Below the pieces are notes generated by a model. That model was not told the origin of the DNA, did no database searches, and saw only the letters and a list, made by a program, of their open reading frames with translations. From the IMG/VR virus record IMGVR_UViG_2740892258_000018, positions 1-8,869 of that record: 8,869 nucleotides of DNA. The stretch is one strand, 5' to 3'. Below, in pieces: positions 7,025 to 8,869 of this stretch. Position 1 is the stretch's first letter, and each line of letters opens with the position of its first letter. The position numbers and the translations under genes were made by a program. This DNA comes from a virus (lineage: Duplodnaviria > Heunggongvirae > Uroviricota > Caudoviricetes).

Positions 7025-8869
7025 ATGAGCGAATATTTCAGAATACTTCAGGGACTCTGCCCTGCTGGCGCAGACGGAGGAAGTGAGCGTGCCGCTGGCC
7101 TCGCTGATTAAATCACCGCTGAATGTGCGCACGGTGCCGTATTCTGCGGAGTCCGTCAGCGAACTGGCGGAGTCCATTAAGGGCGTCGGACTGCTGCAGA
7201 ATCTGGTCGTGCATACCCTGCCTGGTGACCGTTACGCTGTCGCCGCAGGCGGTCGCCGACTGGCAGCACTCAACATGCTGGCAGAGCGCAACATCCTTCC
7301 GGCTGACTGGCCTGTACGCGTGAAGGTCATTCCGCAGGAGCTGGCGACTGCCGCATCGATGACCGAGAACGGTCAGCGTCGGGATATGCACCCTGCCGAA
7401 CAGATTGCCGGATTCCGCGCAATGGCGCAGGAAGGCAAAACGCCTGCACAAATCGGTGATTTGCTGGGCTATTCACCCCGCCACGTTCAGCGAATGCTTG
7501 TCAGGCGCTGGCGCTGGAGAACGACACCGCGCGTCAGGTGCAGGTGTTTGAAGCCGCCTGCCAGTCGGGATGGGGCGGTAAACCGGAAGTACAGACCATT
7601 CGTCGTCTGGTGACCGAAAGTGAAGTGGCGGTGGCGGGGAACAGTAAATTCCGCTTCGTGGGGGCTGATGCCTTCTCGCCAGACGAACTGCGCACCGATT
7701 TGTTCAGCGATGACGGGGACGGTTATGTCGACCGCGTGGCGCTCGATGCCGCCCTGCTGGAAAAACTCCAGGCTGTCGCAGAGTTCCTTCGGGAAGCCGA
7801 AGGCTGGGAATGGTGCGCCGGACGCATGGAGCCTGTCGGTGAGTGCCGTGAAGATGCCCGGGCATACCGCAACCTGCCGGAGCCGGAAGCGGTGCTGACG
7901 GAGGCGGAAGACGAACGTCTGAACGAACTGATGGCTCGTTACGACTCGCTGGAAAACCAGTGTGAGGAATCTGACCTGCTGGCAGCAGAAATGAAGCTGA
8001 TTGACTGCATGGCGAAGGTCAGGGCGTGGACGCCGGAGATGCGTGCCGGAAGTGGCGTGGTGGTGTCCTGGCGTTACGGTAATGTGTGTATCCAGCGTGG
8101 TGTGCAGTTGCGCAGTGAGGATGATGTGGCTGACGACGCTGACCGCACGGAACAGGGGCTGGAGAGCGCGTCAGTGGAGGAAATTAGTCTGCCGTTGCTG
8201 ACTAAATTGACCTCAGAGCGCACGCTGGCAGTCCAGGCAGCACTGATGCAGCAACCGGACAAATCCCTGGCACTGCTGGCATGGACGCTCTGCCTGAATG
8301 TGTTTGACAGCAAAGCGCATAGTAGTCCCGCCAGAATTCGCCTGGAATGTGAGCATTATGCGCTGACCAGCGATGCACCGTCAGGGAAGGAAGGTGCCGC
8401 ATTCATGGCGCTGATGGCAGAACACTCTCGTTTTGCTGCCCTGCTGCCGGAAGGATGGGAACGGGATATGACGACGTTCCTGTCACTTAGCCAGGAGGTG
8501 CTGTTATCCCTGCTCAGTTTCTGTACCGCGTGCAGTCTTAACGGTGTCCAGACCCGCGAGTGTGGTCACACGTCACGCAGTCCGCTGGACTCGCTGGAAA
8601 CCGCCATCGGCTTTCACATGCGCGACTGGTGGCAGCCGACAAAAGCAAACTTCTTCGGACACCTGAAAAAGCCGCAGATTATCGCAGCCCTGAATGAGGC
8701 CGGACTGTCCGGTGCCGCACGGGACGCGGAGAAAATGAAGAAAGGCGATGCGGCTGAACATGCAGAGTTCCATATGAAAGACAACCGCTGGGTGCCTGGC
8801 TGGATGTGTGCACCACGTCCACAGACGGATGCCACTGAACACACCGCTAACCTGGCTGATGCCGCCTGA
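7025..8869 (+). pseudogene. ParB-N-domain (ParB/sulfiredoxin-like) protein gene of plasmid leading-region type, interrupted by two frame changes
   Basis: ATG 7025 (GGAGA SD 7012-7016) opens MSEYFR... but stops at TAA 7109-7111. A second frame is open from 7029 to 7613 and carries the ParB-N-like core (GVGLLQNLVVH...AAGGRRLAALNML...RDMHPAEQIAGFRAMAQEGKTPAQIGDLLGYSPRHVQRML). From about 7502 the first frame resumes (QALALENDTARQVQVFEAACQSGWGG...) and runs ~455 codons to TGA 8867-8869. The three segments together make one ~600-aa protein. Confidence 0.7.
7031..7050 (+). repeat. 10-bp tandem duplication (GAATATTTCA / GAATACTTCA) in the first codons of the ParB-like gene
   Basis: Direct adjacent copies at 7031-7040 and 7041-7050, one mismatch. 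Removing one copy fuses ATG 7025 in frame to the ParB-N domain, giving MSEYFRDSALLAQTEEVSVPLASLIK... Confidence 0.7.

Noticed and set aside
7025-7613. Programmed ribosomal frameshifting as the explanation for the ParB-like frame changes
   Set aside because: No slippery heptamer or downstream pseudoknot-like structure at either shift site. The first shift is explained by a 10-bp tandem duplication and the second by a simple indel, so mutation (or sequence error) is more parsimonious.
7025-8869. The possibility that the two ParB frame changes compensate to restore a full-length protein
   Set aside because: Although the N-terminal start and the C-terminal domain are in the same frame, translation from ATG 7025 hits a stop at 7109-7111 and that frame contains further stops before 7460, so no full-length product is restored.
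1-8869. CRISPR arrays, tRNA/rRNA genes, IS elements or integrase att sites
   Set aside because: No regularly spaced direct repeats, no tRNA-like cloverleaf candidates, no transposase-like ORF and no terminal inverted repeats were seen by eye; the only notable repeats are the 10-bp duplication and the hairpins already described.

Overview
All supported genes are on the + strand, and the window splits into two modules of different origin. No homology search was run; family calls come from reading the translated ORFs. (1) Positions 1-6055 hold an HK97-type phage head-morphogenesis cluster: a 5'-truncated large terminase, a small hydrophobic ORF, portal, prohead protease, major capsid protein with an N-terminal coiled-coil delta domain, a gp6-like connector, a head-closure protein, a gp10-family protein and a DUF3168-like protein. 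Genes are tightly packed or overlapping, there is an intrinsic terminator after the capsid gene, and no tail genes follow. (2) Positions 6056-8869 look like the leading region of a conjugative plasmid: a 384-bp GC-rich non-coding region with nested imperfect inverted repeats (candidate single-stranded-DNA promoter), a plasmid-type ssb, and a ParB-N-domain gene that ends exactly at the window edge. That gene is broken by a 10-bp tandem duplication near its start and by a second frame change near 7500. The most interesting feature is the junction itself: a tail-less capsid module abutting a plasmid early-entry module, which suggests a capsid-forming satellite, a phage-plasmid hybrid or a prophage remnant recombined with plasmid DNA. 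Codon usage and the SSB sequence suggest an Enterobacteriaceae host.
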